A model generated the notes under the pieces. The model ran no database searches and was not told where the DNA came from. It saw only the letters and a program-made list of their open reading frames with translations. From IMG/VR virus record IMGVR_UViG_3300020421_000013: a stretch of 64,000 nucleotides of DNA, one strand, 5' to 3'. Positions 36,171-44,468 of this stretch are shown here, one piece after another. Positions within the stretch are counted from its first letter, which is position 1, and every line of letters starts with the position of its first letter. The DNA is from an uncultured virus (IMG/VR IMGVR_UViG_3300020421_000013) (Duplodnaviria; Heunggongvirae; Uroviricota; Caudoviricetes; Crassvirales). The translations under genes were made by a program, and so were the position numbers.

Positions 36171-36626
36171 TTAGTTTTTTCCTTTACAGATACATTTGTT
36201 TTTACCACATGTACATTGCTTCATAATACTTTTTGCTGTTGCTCTATCATCATAGTCTAATGCAGCTTTCAATACAATTTTATCCATAATGCCATCTTGA
36301 TTTTCTAGGATCTGCTTTTGTAATGTAATAACCATATCTTCTAACCTGTCTTTTGCAGTAACAAGCAAATCTATTTGGTTATTTTTTTTATCAATTTCCC
36401 CTCTTAATGCATTTATGTCATCTGGTTTAGTTCCAGTAATGCTTGATATAATAACTGGAATTGAGGCCGCGATTGTTCCTATTAACATCATCACAACTTC
36501 TTTATTGGAATCTAATACAGGAAACTGTAATAAAGTTACTATAATTCCTATAACAAATAGAAAAATAAATAAGGACCCTATGTATGAACGTAGCTCTTTC
36601 GCCACACCGTTTTTTGGAAGTTGCAT
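36171..36626 (-). CDS. Two-TM coiled-coil membrane protein with Cys-rich C-terminus
   Basis: 151 aa; two hydrophobic helices, heptads, CTCGKNKCIC. Confidence 0.65.
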   Translation of the reverse strand: MQLPKNGVAKELRSYIGSLFIFLFVIGIIVTLLQFPVLDSNKEVVMMLIGTIAASIPVIISSITGTKPDDINALRGEIDKKNNQIDLLVTAKDRLEDMVITLQKQILENQDGIMDKIVLKAALDYDDRATAKSIMKQCTCGKNKCICKGKN

Positions 36627-36630
36627 AATT

Positions 36631-36810
36631 TTATTTTCCTATTTTACTCATTGCTGATTTATGTGATCCAGTAAATGACATTTTAGAACTACCACACATT
36701 TTTTTTACCATGTCCGAAATATGCTTCCCTGTGTGGTGCTTAGAATGTTCTTTCATTGTTTTTTGTTGTCTTTTTGATAAACAACTTACATCTATACCTT
36801 TTATTTTCAT
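36631..36810 (-). CDS. 59-aa basic His-rich protein
   Basis: MKIKGIDVSCLSKRQQKTMKEHSKHHTGKH..SFTGSHKSAMSKIGK. Confidence 0.65.
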   Translation of the reverse strand: MKIKGIDVSCLSKRQQKTMKEHSKHHTGKHISDMVKKMCGSSKMSFTGSHKSAMSKIGK

Positions 36811-36815
36811 GATAT

Positions 36816-36983
36816 TTACTTTTTGCCTTTTGATTTTTTAGCATAATTAGGATCCTTACAATATTTACTTGCAGCCATATTTGCATAAGCTGATGGATAT
36901 CGATCAAATGTCCTCTTTGCCCATGCTATCCCTGCCGAACATATTTTATTGCCCCTGTTTGCTTTTGTTTTACTTTTTGCCAT
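36816..36983 (-). CDS. 55-aa basic protein
   Basis: MAKSKTKANRGNKICSAGIAWAKRTFDRYPSAYANMAASKYCKDPNYAKK. Confidence 0.65.
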   Translation of the reverse strand: MAKSKTKANRGNKICSAGIAWAKRTFDRYPSAYANMAASKYCKDPNYAKKSKGKK

Positions 36984-37143
36984 AAGGAAATATTTCGTTT
37001 AATGTTTTTCTTCTTTTATCACATCCACAAGGTGTGTTAGTGGCTTTTGACGTTGCTTCCACAATAGCTTTGATTCCTGTCGATTTTGTGAACGCCTCGA
37101 CAGTATCTCCAAAACCTTTGTGATTTTTAAACAAATTTGCCAT
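36970..37143 (-). CDS. 57-aa protein with CGC motif
   Basis: KGFGDTVEAFTKSTGIK..PCGCDKRRKTLNEIFPY. Confidence 0.65.
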   Translation of the reverse strand: MANLFKNHKGFGDTVEAFTKSTGIKAIVEATSKATNTPCGCDKRRKTLNEIFPYGKK

Positions 37144-37256
37144 TACTTCTTTTTTCTATTGCTTTTCTTAAGAGCTGCAAAATCTGCAGATGTGATCTTA
37201 TCATAAGGTATCGATGCTCTTGCTATTTTTTTTTGTGCTGGTGTTAATTTTTTCAT
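37143..37256 (-). CDS. 37-aa basic peptide
   Basis: MKKLTPAQKKIARASIPYDKITSADFAALKKSNRKKK; TAATG coupling. Confidence 0.65.
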   Translation of the reverse strand: MKKLTPAQKKIARASIPYDKITSADFAALKKSNRKKK

Positions 37257-37259
37257 ATT

Positions 37260-37559
37260 CTAATATTTTCCTTGTCTTGATTTAGGAGAACTTTTAGTGG
37301 ACCCCCCTTTTCCAGCCCATAAGTTTTTACAAGCCCAGTATCTTGCAGTCAACTTGTTTGTTGCTGACGAACAATTATGTCTAGCCTTAAATGACTTTCT
37401 AGCTGCTGCAGAATAATTATGACCATACCCTTTTGCTCCGTAATGAATTATTTTTTCCGTTCCTCCAGAACAAGCTTTAACCATTCTTTTCTTTCCTGGC
37501 CTTGTACTCGAGCGTGGTGAGTTACAAGCCATTTTAGATTTATCAACTCTTTTTGCCAT
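37260..37559 (-). CDS. 99-aa basic Cys-containing phage protein
   Basis: Likely start MAKRVDK at 37559; KKRMVKAC..IIHYGAKGY..SFKARHNC..ARYWACKNLW. Confidence 0.7.
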   Translation of the reverse strand: MAKRVDKSKMACNSPRSSTRPGKKRMVKACSGGTEKIIHYGAKGYGHNYSAAARKSFKARHNCSSATNKLTARYWACKNLWAGKGGSTKSSPKSRQGKY

Positions 37560-37563
37560 GCAA

Positions 37564-37571
37564 CAAATATA
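37564..37571 (-). promoter_or_regulatory. Bacteroidota-type -7 element (TATATTTG) heading the late operon
   Basis: In the divergent gap, only 4 nt upstream of the ATG at 37559 (possibly leaderless). Confidence 0.5.
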
Positions 37572-37615
37572 CGATAAAAAAAAGTTCGCTATTTTTGATT
37601 CTAAATCACATCTAG

Positions 37616-38104
37616 TTGAAAAGACCAGCAAAACGCATCAGACAAAAAGCTACAGACAAGTATCATATATCATACGAAAAAGAAAGAAGGTATGGTTTTT
37701 TAAAATATTGGAGGATAGTTAAGTATTATGTAAAAAGAAAGTACGAGTTGTCTGAAACAGATCTCGAAATGCTACTCTACCTTTATGATGAAGGTCGTTT
37801 TGATATGGAAGCTTTTAAAGAGTATGCAAACATTATGCATTGGGACAGAAATAGATTTTGGAATCTGAAAGAAAAAGGATTTATAAATGTTTGGAGAAAA
37901 AGAAACGAAGTTAGCAACAGAAGGCCTATATACGAGCTCTCTGTAAAATCAGCTAGAATATGCAACTTAGTCTACAAAAGGTTGTTGCTTGAGGAGAAGA
38001 TTTCAGAAAACCCAAGAATAAACCCTATCATGAAAGGCACAACCTATACTGACAGGGTTTATAGAATGGCAATAAAAAAGATGAATCGAAAAATCAAAGA
38101 CTGA
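37616..38104 (+). CDS. Winged-helix DNA-binding protein (putative regulator)
   Basis: LSETDLEMLLYLYDEG..LKEKGFI..YELS; lone plus-strand gene divergent from the late operon. Confidence 0.6.
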   Translation: MKRPAKRIRQKATDKYHISYEKERRYGFLKYWRIVKYYVKRKYELSETDLEMLLYLYDEGRFDMEAFKEYANIMHWDRNRFWNLKEKGFINVWRKRNEVSNRRPIYELSVKSARICNLVYKRLLLEEKISENPRINPIMKGTTYTDRVYRMAIKKMNRKIKD

Positions 38105-38819
38105 CCGCCTTTTTCAAAACATCGTAATCTCTTACGGAAACCCTGCTTTTAAGTTCTCTCATTGTAACAGGTAGACCTTCGCCTTTTATCTCAGCCACAG
38201 CATGCTTGCACTTAAGAAACTCTGATTCATTTTTTATGTCCTTGTTTCGAAGCTTTAGATTTAATAGCATCTTATTATCGAAACTTCTGCGCACCGTAGG
38301 TGCACTACATCCAAGAACTTCTCCAATTTTTTTCATTGTAAGTTTACCTTGGATTTGGCTACAGGCTCTCCATATATCTGATGATTCAAATCTTATACTT
38401 GGATGAATTAACTGCTGCACGATCTTTCGCTTCTCTTCAATTGGTATCATTTTCGATGGGTTAAATATAACCTTTCTCTTTTTTCTACAATAAGGTTTTG
38501 TTAGAGTTTTTTCCCAAACATCTTCACAAATTGCATCTATTCTTCTGTCACTGTATGTTCTAATAACATGACCATTAGATCTGTCTGTCATTTGCTTCAT
38601 GTGGCGTACAAAAACAGAGTATTCAATTTTTGGATTTAGCCACCTAAGTTTTTCCGCCACATACTCAACTTCCTGAATAGAGTTTATTTTTCTAGTTGTT
38701 CTAAAAAGACTATAGAATTCGATGCCCTTTGGAAAGAAAAGATATTTCTGACCTCCGAACTTAAAAGAGGATTCCATAATAATCCTATCTTCTTCATATT
38801 CGAAGAGTGGTATGTACAT
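38094..38819 (-). CDS. Conserved hypothetical protein with C-terminal HTH
   Basis: 241 aa; KLTMKKIGEVLGCSAPTVRR. Confidence 0.6.
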   Translation of the reverse strand: MYIPLFEYEEDRIIMESSFKFGGQKYLFFPKGIEFYSLFRTTRKINSIQEVEYVAEKLRWLNPKIEYSVFVRHMKQMTDRSNGHVIRTYSDRRIDAICEDVWEKTLTKPYCRKKRKVIFNPSKMIPIEEKRKIVQQLIHPSIRFESSDIWRACSQIQGKLTMKKIGEVLGCSAPTVRRSFDNKMLLNLKLRNKDIKNESEFLKCKHAVAEIKGEGLPVTMRELKSRVSVRDYDVLKKAVSL

Positions 38820-39073
38820 TACTCCTTAACAACAATCCCACTTTCAAGTAAAACCAATTTGATTTCACCTGACATTCTCATTTCTGAAGAAGCCATTTTA
38901 TCATAGTACACGTTGTCACCAGGACTAACTTCTTTTACCTTTGCCCCCACCGAGTCAACAACCCCCCTGACATATCTAACATTTTTATCCGTCTTGCTTG
39001 ACAAGATAACACCCCCTGATTCTATCTCGTCTTTTATTGGAGTTATAACAATGTATTGACCTAATGCTTTCAT
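38819..39073 (-). CDS. groES: Co-chaperonin GroES
   Basis: MKALGQYIVI..SGGVILS..GVVDSVG..VSPGDNVYY; coupled to groEL. Confidence 0.85.
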   Translation of the reverse strand: MKALGQYIVITPIKDEIESGGVILSSKTDKNVRYVRGVVDSVGAKVKEVSPGDNVYYDKMASSEMRMSGEIKLVLLESGIVVKE

Positions 39074-40665
39074 GCTCTAATATTTGTGATTACGCAATCA
39101 GTTGTTAAAATTTCACAAGACACGCTAACTGCATTTTCAACTACATTTATGGTTACTGTTGTAGGGTCGAGTATTTTTTCTTTAAACATATCAACTACTT
39201 GGTTTGTTATAGCGTTATATCCTTTTTTATAATCTTCTTTTCCAACTTCTTTTGTAACAACAGTAAAGGCTTTATCTTTCATATCTGTGTTGGACATGAT
39301 TGTGGTTAAAAGCGATGATGTAGATGCACAAAGGCAAAACCAACCTTTTCTATAGGAATCATCCCAATCGGAAAATTTTTCCTGTTCTACATGAGATCTC
39401 ATTTTTCTTCCTATATGAAGAAGTGCTGTACCTCCACCAGGAACCACGCCCATCTTCATAGCAGCACGAGTAGCACTTATTGCATCATCCACTCTGTCCA
39501 TCTTCTCTTTCATCTCCACTTCAGTAGAAGCTCCTACATGTACTGTTGCAACTCCTCCAGTCAACTTCGACAGTCTATCTCTCAAGTGCCACTCATTATC
39601 TGCTTCTTTCTCGTCAGCTATTTTTTGCTCTAAATGTTCTTTCAGTTCTGATATCACCTTCTGATCTTTTGGCTCTACAAACAAAACTGTTTCTCCTTCT
39701 GAAACAACAACCTTATCTGAAGATCCTAAATATTCTGGTGTGATCTGACCGAAGTCGCTACCTTGTGCTTCTGAAAAAACTTTCGATCCAGTCATACTTG
39801 CTAGATCTTGTAAAAGTTCATCTCTTTTGTATCCTACACCAGCAGGCTTTACCACACAAGCTTTAAACCTTCCTTTGTTGTTGTTGAGAATCATTGTAGC
39901 TAAAAATTCATCTGATGTGTCAGCTACGATAATTATTGACTTACTGTTCTCTGCGCAATATTGAAGTATCGGCAGAATCTGCTGAGCACTTTGTATTTCA
40001 GATGAACAAATAAAAATAAGGGGAGACTGAGCAACAAATTCACGTTTATTAATATCCGTGACTAAGTGGTGGGATGCCCAGCCTCTATCAATTTTAGTTC
40101 CTTCTTTGATGGTTACATAGCTTTCTTCGTTGTAAGATTCCTCTACAGCTACTACTCCATCCTTTCCAACCTTTTCATATGCTTCTGCAATTAACTTTCC
40201 AATCTTTTTATCGTTGTTTGCCGATATTGAAGCAACTGCTACTAGGTCCGTTTTACTTAATTTTTTATTCATCTTCTTCAAAGAATCAACAACATAATCT
40301 TTAGCATCATGCATACCTCTTTTAAATTTATGAATGTTGGCAATTTCACTTCGAGTAGTCAATGAGATGATTGCGTTACTTAGCACAATGGAGGAGGTAG
40401 TTCCATCTCCAGCCCGTAGGGCTGTTTTTTTACTAGCCTGCCTAACTGTATTCATCGCTAAGTTTTCAATCGGATCTGTGAGCGTTATGCTTTCCGCAAC
40501 CGTTATACCATCTTTTGTAACGTGTGGTCTCCCGTGCACATCCTCTAGTATAACTGTCTTACCGTTTGGTCCTAGAGTAGAACCCACAGCTCTATTTAAT
40601 TTAGATATACCAGATTTCATTTTAATCCAGGCATCGTCCTTAAAAGTTAATTGTTTTTCTATCAT
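39070..40665 (-). CDS. groEL: Phage chaperonin GroEL
   Basis: TLGPNG, TKDGITVA, AGDGTTS, ISANND, EMKEKMDRVDDA, GVVPGGG, ILDP motifs; no GGM tail. Confidence 0.95.
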   Translation of the reverse strand: MIEKQLTFKDDAWIKMKSGISKLNRAVGSTLGPNGKTVILEDVHGRPHVTKDGITVAESITLTDPIENLAMNTVRQASKKTALRAGDGTTSSIVLSNAIISLTTRSEIANIHKFKRGMHDAKDYVVDSLKKMNKKLSKTDLVAVASISANNDKKIGKLIAEAYEKVGKDGVVAVEESYNEESYVTIKEGTKIDRGWASHHLVTDINKREFVAQSPLIFICSSEIQSAQQILPILQYCAENSKSIIIVADTSDEFLATMILNNNKGRFKACVVKPAGVGYKRDELLQDLASMTGSKVFSEAQGSDFGQITPEYLGSSDKVVVSEGETVLFVEPKDQKVISELKEHLEQKIADEKEADNEWHLRDRLSKLTGGVATVHVGASTEVEMKEKMDRVDDAISATRAAMKMGVVPGGGTALLHIGRKMRSHVEQEKFSDWDDSYRKGWFCLCASTSSLLTTIMSNTDMKDKAFTVVTKEVGKEDYKKGYNAITNQVVDMFKEKILDPTTVTINVVENAVSVSCEILTTDCVITNIRA

Positions 40666-40679
40666 TATAAATTAAATTT

Positions 40680-40915
40680 GCATTAAATGTAATATTATTT
40701 TATTTTATATATATTATATATATATTATATACAATAGCTATATAATTACTCTGTAGTATACAATAACTCTGTAATAACTAGTAATTATACAGTGTATAGC
40801 AACCCCCCTCACTGTGCGATACTTCGTGTAAAAAAAGAGAGCAAGCCTCCGCAAACCATTGAATTCAGTGGTATTTAAGGTGGAATATAGTGTGCGGAGT
40901 TTGTGCGATGCTCTC
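40680..40915. other. Non-coding origin-like segment (AT-rich tract plus nested inverted repeats)
   Basis: (TA)-rich run ~40700-40745; GAGAGCA/TGCTCTC and CTCCGCA/TGCGGAG arms; near-palindrome ACCATTGAATTCAGTGGT. Confidence 0.4.
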
Positions 40916-40916
40916 A

Positions 40917-41219
40917 TTATAAAATATGATCTTTAGCGTCAGCCACATGTTTAAACTCAAAAACTAAGCGGTCTATCTCTTCGATTTGATCCATAATCTT
41001 TTTAGAAACCTCAAACGATTCATCCGTTTCAATAATATTACCTAAATCCTTTAATATTATGTTAACGGCCTTGTTTCTTACATCTATCATATTTCTGACG
41101 GCAAAATAACGGTCTGTCAGTAGATAATTAATAACATTTCTGTCAGAACCTTCCATTTTTTTTAAAAGACGATACTCCTGATCTAACGTTCTCCCTTGAT
41201 GATCTTTCTTATTTGGCAT
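40917..41219 (-). CDS. Hypothetical protein
   Basis: 100-aa ORF with AT-rich leader and upstream promoter. Confidence 0.65.
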   Translation of the reverse strand: MPNKKDHQGRTLDQEYRLLKKMEGSDRNVINYLLTDRYFAVRNMIDVRNKAVNIILKDLGNIIETDESFEVSKKIMDQIEEIDRLVFEFKHVADAKDHIL

Positions 41220-41324
41220 ATTATAGAATTAAAACCCAGACTTACTTCACTAAAACAAACAAAGAATAAACAAATGAAAAAAACTTCATATAAGCCTGGG
41301 TTACTAATGAAAAAAAATCTATAA

Positions 41325-41332
41325 CAAAGATA
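41325..41332 (-). promoter_or_regulatory. Bacteroidota-type -7 element (TATCTTTG)
   Basis: In the large divergent non-coding region, upstream of the ATG at 41219. Confidence 0.5.
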
Positions 41333-41673
41333 AGAAAAATGTGGCACAAAAAAAAATAGCCTAACACACCTATTTAATTACTTGATAGAGCTTTAAAAAA
41401 CTGCCACATGTTTTAGGGCTGCAGAAATGTAGAGTGTTGAGGTTATATACACTTTATGGCAGTCACTCCTGATTAGAAAAGCTACTTTTTTTTAGCCACC
41501 CCATCTACTTCAGCCGTTACAGTTCTCTTTTTTTTTAGCTTTTTTATATTTAATCAGTCGTTCCGTTAAGGTTTCTCCATTTTTGGGTTGACATTTTGCA
41601 ATTTGATTCAGATATGCGGTGAGATGGGGCTATCACATCCTCCACATTGCGCTCCCATTAAACAATTGTACAC

Positions 41674-41685
41674 GTTCACTATCAT
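41674..41685 (+). repeat. Oriented motif GTTCACTATCAT (first copy)
   Basis: Exact copies also at 42405, 46787 and 53537; partial copies at 41819, 42759, 45011 and 56523. Confidence 0.75.
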
Positions 41686-42026
41686 CTAGTATTGTCTATG
41701 TGTCAGTGGATTACATCACGGATATAATAGCTGTACAGTTCGAATATAATAATTACTTCAGTTAGTTAGATAGTATGTCACACGAATCAAATTTAACGGT
41801 TAACCATCATCAACAGCATTCACTATCATTGCTATAATATTATCTTCCTTGATAATGTTAAAATTTTATGCAAAGCTACGCTATCACAATATGCGATTCA
41901 ACTGCGCCTTCGGCGTACTATGTATGCTTTGTAATTCTTTTGCCTAACGGCAAAACAATAACACGCACAGCTGTATCTGCACATTCTGCTATCGTATATG
42001 CTCAGCATAATTTTAAATTTATTATC

Positions 42027-42392
42027 ATGGAAAATATATTATTTTACGCAAAGATGGCAAAAGCTGGCGCTAAAGTTGGTAAAGCCGTTAAACTCGAATC
42101 TGTAAGTGACAATAAAGAATTGTCAGATATAATTATTAGATATTCTTACTGGCCATTATCACAGTTACGAGCTGATGTAATCAACATGAATTACAACGAC
42201 AATTATGCTTTAGTTGAGTGTCGTGTTCCTCATTGGTTATGGGATTCAAAGTTAGAAGATGCAGATAGCAACTTCAAAGCTAATATATCTGATTCATTTC
42301 AACAACTCACATTAATGATGGATACTGATAACATCACTCTTCCTCCAAAGAAAGAAAAGATTAGAGATATAATGAACGAGGGGCTAGAATAG
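42027..42392 (+). CDS. Early hypothetical protein
   Basis: Likely start MENILF at 42027 after TAATTTTAAATTTATTATC; VPHWLWDSKLE motif. Confidence 0.65.
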   Translation: MENILFYAKMAKAGAKVGKAVKLESVSDNKELSDIIIRYSYWPLSQLRADVINMNYNDNYALVECRVPHWLWDSKLEDADSNFKANISDSFQQLTLMMDTDNITLPPKKEKIRDIMNEGLE

Positions 42393-42404
42393 GCCCCTTT
42401 TTTT
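42379..42404 (+). terminator. Intrinsic terminator
   Basis: AGGGGC-TAGAATAG-GCCCCT followed by a T run. Confidence 0.75.
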
Positions 42405-42425
42405 GTTCACTATCATATGTATAAC

Positions 42426-42560
42426 ATGGATTGGTTTATTCTATCAGGGTTTCATATAGTCTTTCTCTTTGACGGACAAGTGCAAACCATTATAAAAAAG
42501 CATACAGCCATGATAATCCTAAACATGGCAGTTTTGTGTGCTTCTGCCTTTTTGTTATGA
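42426..42560 (+). CDS. 44-aa hydrophobic peptide
   Basis: MDWFILSGFHIVFLF...; ATGA-coupled to the next small ORF. Confidence 0.35.
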   Translation: MDWFILSGFHIVFLFDGQVQTIIKKHTAMIILNMAVLCASAFLL

Positions 42561-42697
42561 GTAAATCAAAAATACAACACTTGCATTATATGCAATATTT
42601 GAAAGACAAAAAACGTCAGGAGTGGAGACGTTCAAATTGTAACAGTCAGGACACCACTCAGCCTGACACAAATTCTAATGAAAATGGTAAAAATTGA
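42557..42697 (+). CDS. 46-aa hypothetical peptide
   Basis: MSKSKIQHLHYMQYLKDKKRQEW...; fills the gap. Confidence 0.35.
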   Translation: MSKSKIQHLHYMQYLKDKKRQEWRRSNCNSQDTTQPDTNSNENGKN

Positions 42698-42965
42698 TTT
42701 TACTTTTATTAATCAAGTCGGTATGAGCATTTATGCAGAAGATATCAAGCTAGACGGTATCACTATCATCGACTCAGCGTACCTAGCTACATCTCAATTA
42801 CAATTGATGAATGATGTAAACGTTGCAGAACTAAATGTTCCTTGCGACGTGCAGGCAATGATTCCTGATTGGCTTTTACGTTCTAAAATAGAACAAAACA
42901 GAGCAGAACAACAAGAAGCAAGTGATCAAACCGTTCGCGATTTGATACAACTTGCAACTAACTAA
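42678..42965 (+). CDS. Early hypothetical protein, probable paralog of 42027..42392
   Basis: IPDWLLRSKIE motif. Confidence 0.6.
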   Translation: MKMVKIDFTFINQVGMSIYAEDIKLDGITIIDSAYLATSQLQLMNDVNVAELNVPCDVQAMIPDWLLRSKIEQNRAEQQEASDQTVRDLIQLATN

Positions 42966-42982
42966 TTTTAAATTTATTAATT

Positions 42983-43408
42983 ATGAGTACAAAACGTAAA
43001 ATGAAACCTACAAAGCGTAGGGGTCCAAGACCTGTAGCACGCAAATATGACAATGATTATTGTCTAAATATTGCAAAAGCAGTTCAAGAACATGGATTAA
43101 CAAAAGTTGCTAAAATGTATGGTTTGAAATATCATGATGTTCAATATATCAACAAACAATACTATACAAGAATGGCACGTGGTGAATATGATGCACGTAA
43201 GAAAGACAACAATACTCCAAAAGGCAGAGTTTATCTCAAGCCTCGTGTTGTTGGTTTCAAAAATACAGAATCTGCTTGGGATGTTATTGAAAAAACTTTC
43301 AATGATGAACAACTTGATATTGTTATAAAATTTTATAACACTATTATATTCGAGCAAACAGATGCTAAAAACGGTGCATTGATTAGTGCAGACTATGAAA
43401 AGGTCTAA
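42983..43408 (+). CDS. Basic HTH-containing protein
   Basis: GLTKVAKMYGLKYHDVQYI. Confidence 0.6.
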   Translation: MSTKRKMKPTKRRGPRPVARKYDNDYCLNIAKAVQEHGLTKVAKMYGLKYHDVQYINKQYYTRMARGEYDARKKDNNTPKGRVYLKPRVVGFKNTESAWDVIEKTFNDEQLDIVIKFYNTIIFEQTDAKNGALISADYEKV

Positions 43409-44468
43409 GATCATTAATGACCTTTGCACATTAGTTTCGATACAGTCATGTAGTTATGAAACAGGACGTATGATGAAACATATTGGTAATGTAGTGCAAT
43501 CAATTCAAGGTTGTACTACATCTACTGATAGTTACGGAAACTTATATGTAACAAAGGGTGATGGACCATACAAGGCTATGGTGTGTCATACAGATACTGT
43601 TCATGATATTGTTAAAGCAAAAGTATTACCAGTGAAAGTAAAAGGTAATATTATTGCTATCAACAGTAAAACAATGAAACAAATTGGTACTGGTGGAGAT
43701 GATAAATGTGGTATAGCGATTACACTTCAATTATTAAAAACACAACCGAGTATGAAAGCAGTATTCTTCTTAGATGAAGAAGTTGGATGCTTGGGATCAT
43801 CAAAACTAAAGAAAAAATTCTTCAATGATTGCTTGTACGTACTACAATGTGATAGACGTGGGGCAGATGATTTTGTAAATAGAATATCAGGTACAAAATT
43901 ATATGAAGAAAATTTTCAAGATGCAATCAAATACATTCTACAAAAATACAATAGAGTAGAAGTAAATGGTGGTATGACTGATGTGTTAGAAATTGCTTAT
44001 AAAACAGATTTACCAGTAGCGAATATGTCGTGTGGATATTACAATCCGCATACGGATACAGAATATATAAATATCAATGACTTTGTTGAAACATACAAAT
44101 TATGTTCAGATATATTCAAGTATATAAATACAAAATATGTTGTAAAAACAAAACGTGAAAGTTATAATTACCATATGTACGGTAGATATAATGATTACGA
44201 TTGGAATTATAATTCACATATGATGTATGACCACGTTTTTGATGAAGATCAACTGTCTGAGGCAGAGAAAAAAATCAAAATAATATGTGGTACAGGATGT
44301 GGTATGTATGACGGTTATTGTGATGCATGCATGGTATCAGCAGAAGAAGCAATAGAATTTTATTTAGAAGAAGATGAACAAAACGAACTTTACACTAAAT
44401 TACCTACAGTGGGTGCACCTATACAAATTGGACCAAAAAATCCAAGTATGGATGATGAACAGAGGTAG
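43386..44468 (+). CDS. M28/M20-like Zn peptidase
   Basis: CHTDTVH, GGDDKCG, DEEVGCLGS, QCDRRG, TDV, NMSCGYYNPHTDTE. Confidence 0.8.
   Translation: MQTMKRSKIINDLCTLVSIQSCSYETGRMMKHIGNVVQSIQGCTTSTDSYGNLYVTKGDGPYKAMVCHTDTVHDIVKAKVLPVKVKGNIIAINSKTMKQIGTGGDDKCGIAITLQLLKTQPSMKAVFFLDEEVGCLGSSKLKKKFFNDCLYVLQCDRRGADDFVNRISGTKLYEENFQDAIKYILQKYNRVEVNGGMTDVLEIAYKTDLPVANMSCGYYNPHTDTEYININDFVETYKLCSDIFKYINTKYVVKTKRESYNYHMYGRYNDYDWNYNSHMMYDHVFDEDQLSEAEKKIKIICGTGCGMYDGYCDACMVSAEEAIEFYLEEDEQNELYTKLPTVGAPIQIGPKNPSMDDEQR

Noticed and set aside
41560..41660. GC-richer patch as a possible tRNA
   Set aside because: No cloverleaf, T-loop consensus or acceptor stem could be built
41868..42026. N-terminal extension of the 174-aa ORF
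   Set aside because: Overlaps the hairpin cluster, and a typical AT-rich leader precedes the ATG at 42027
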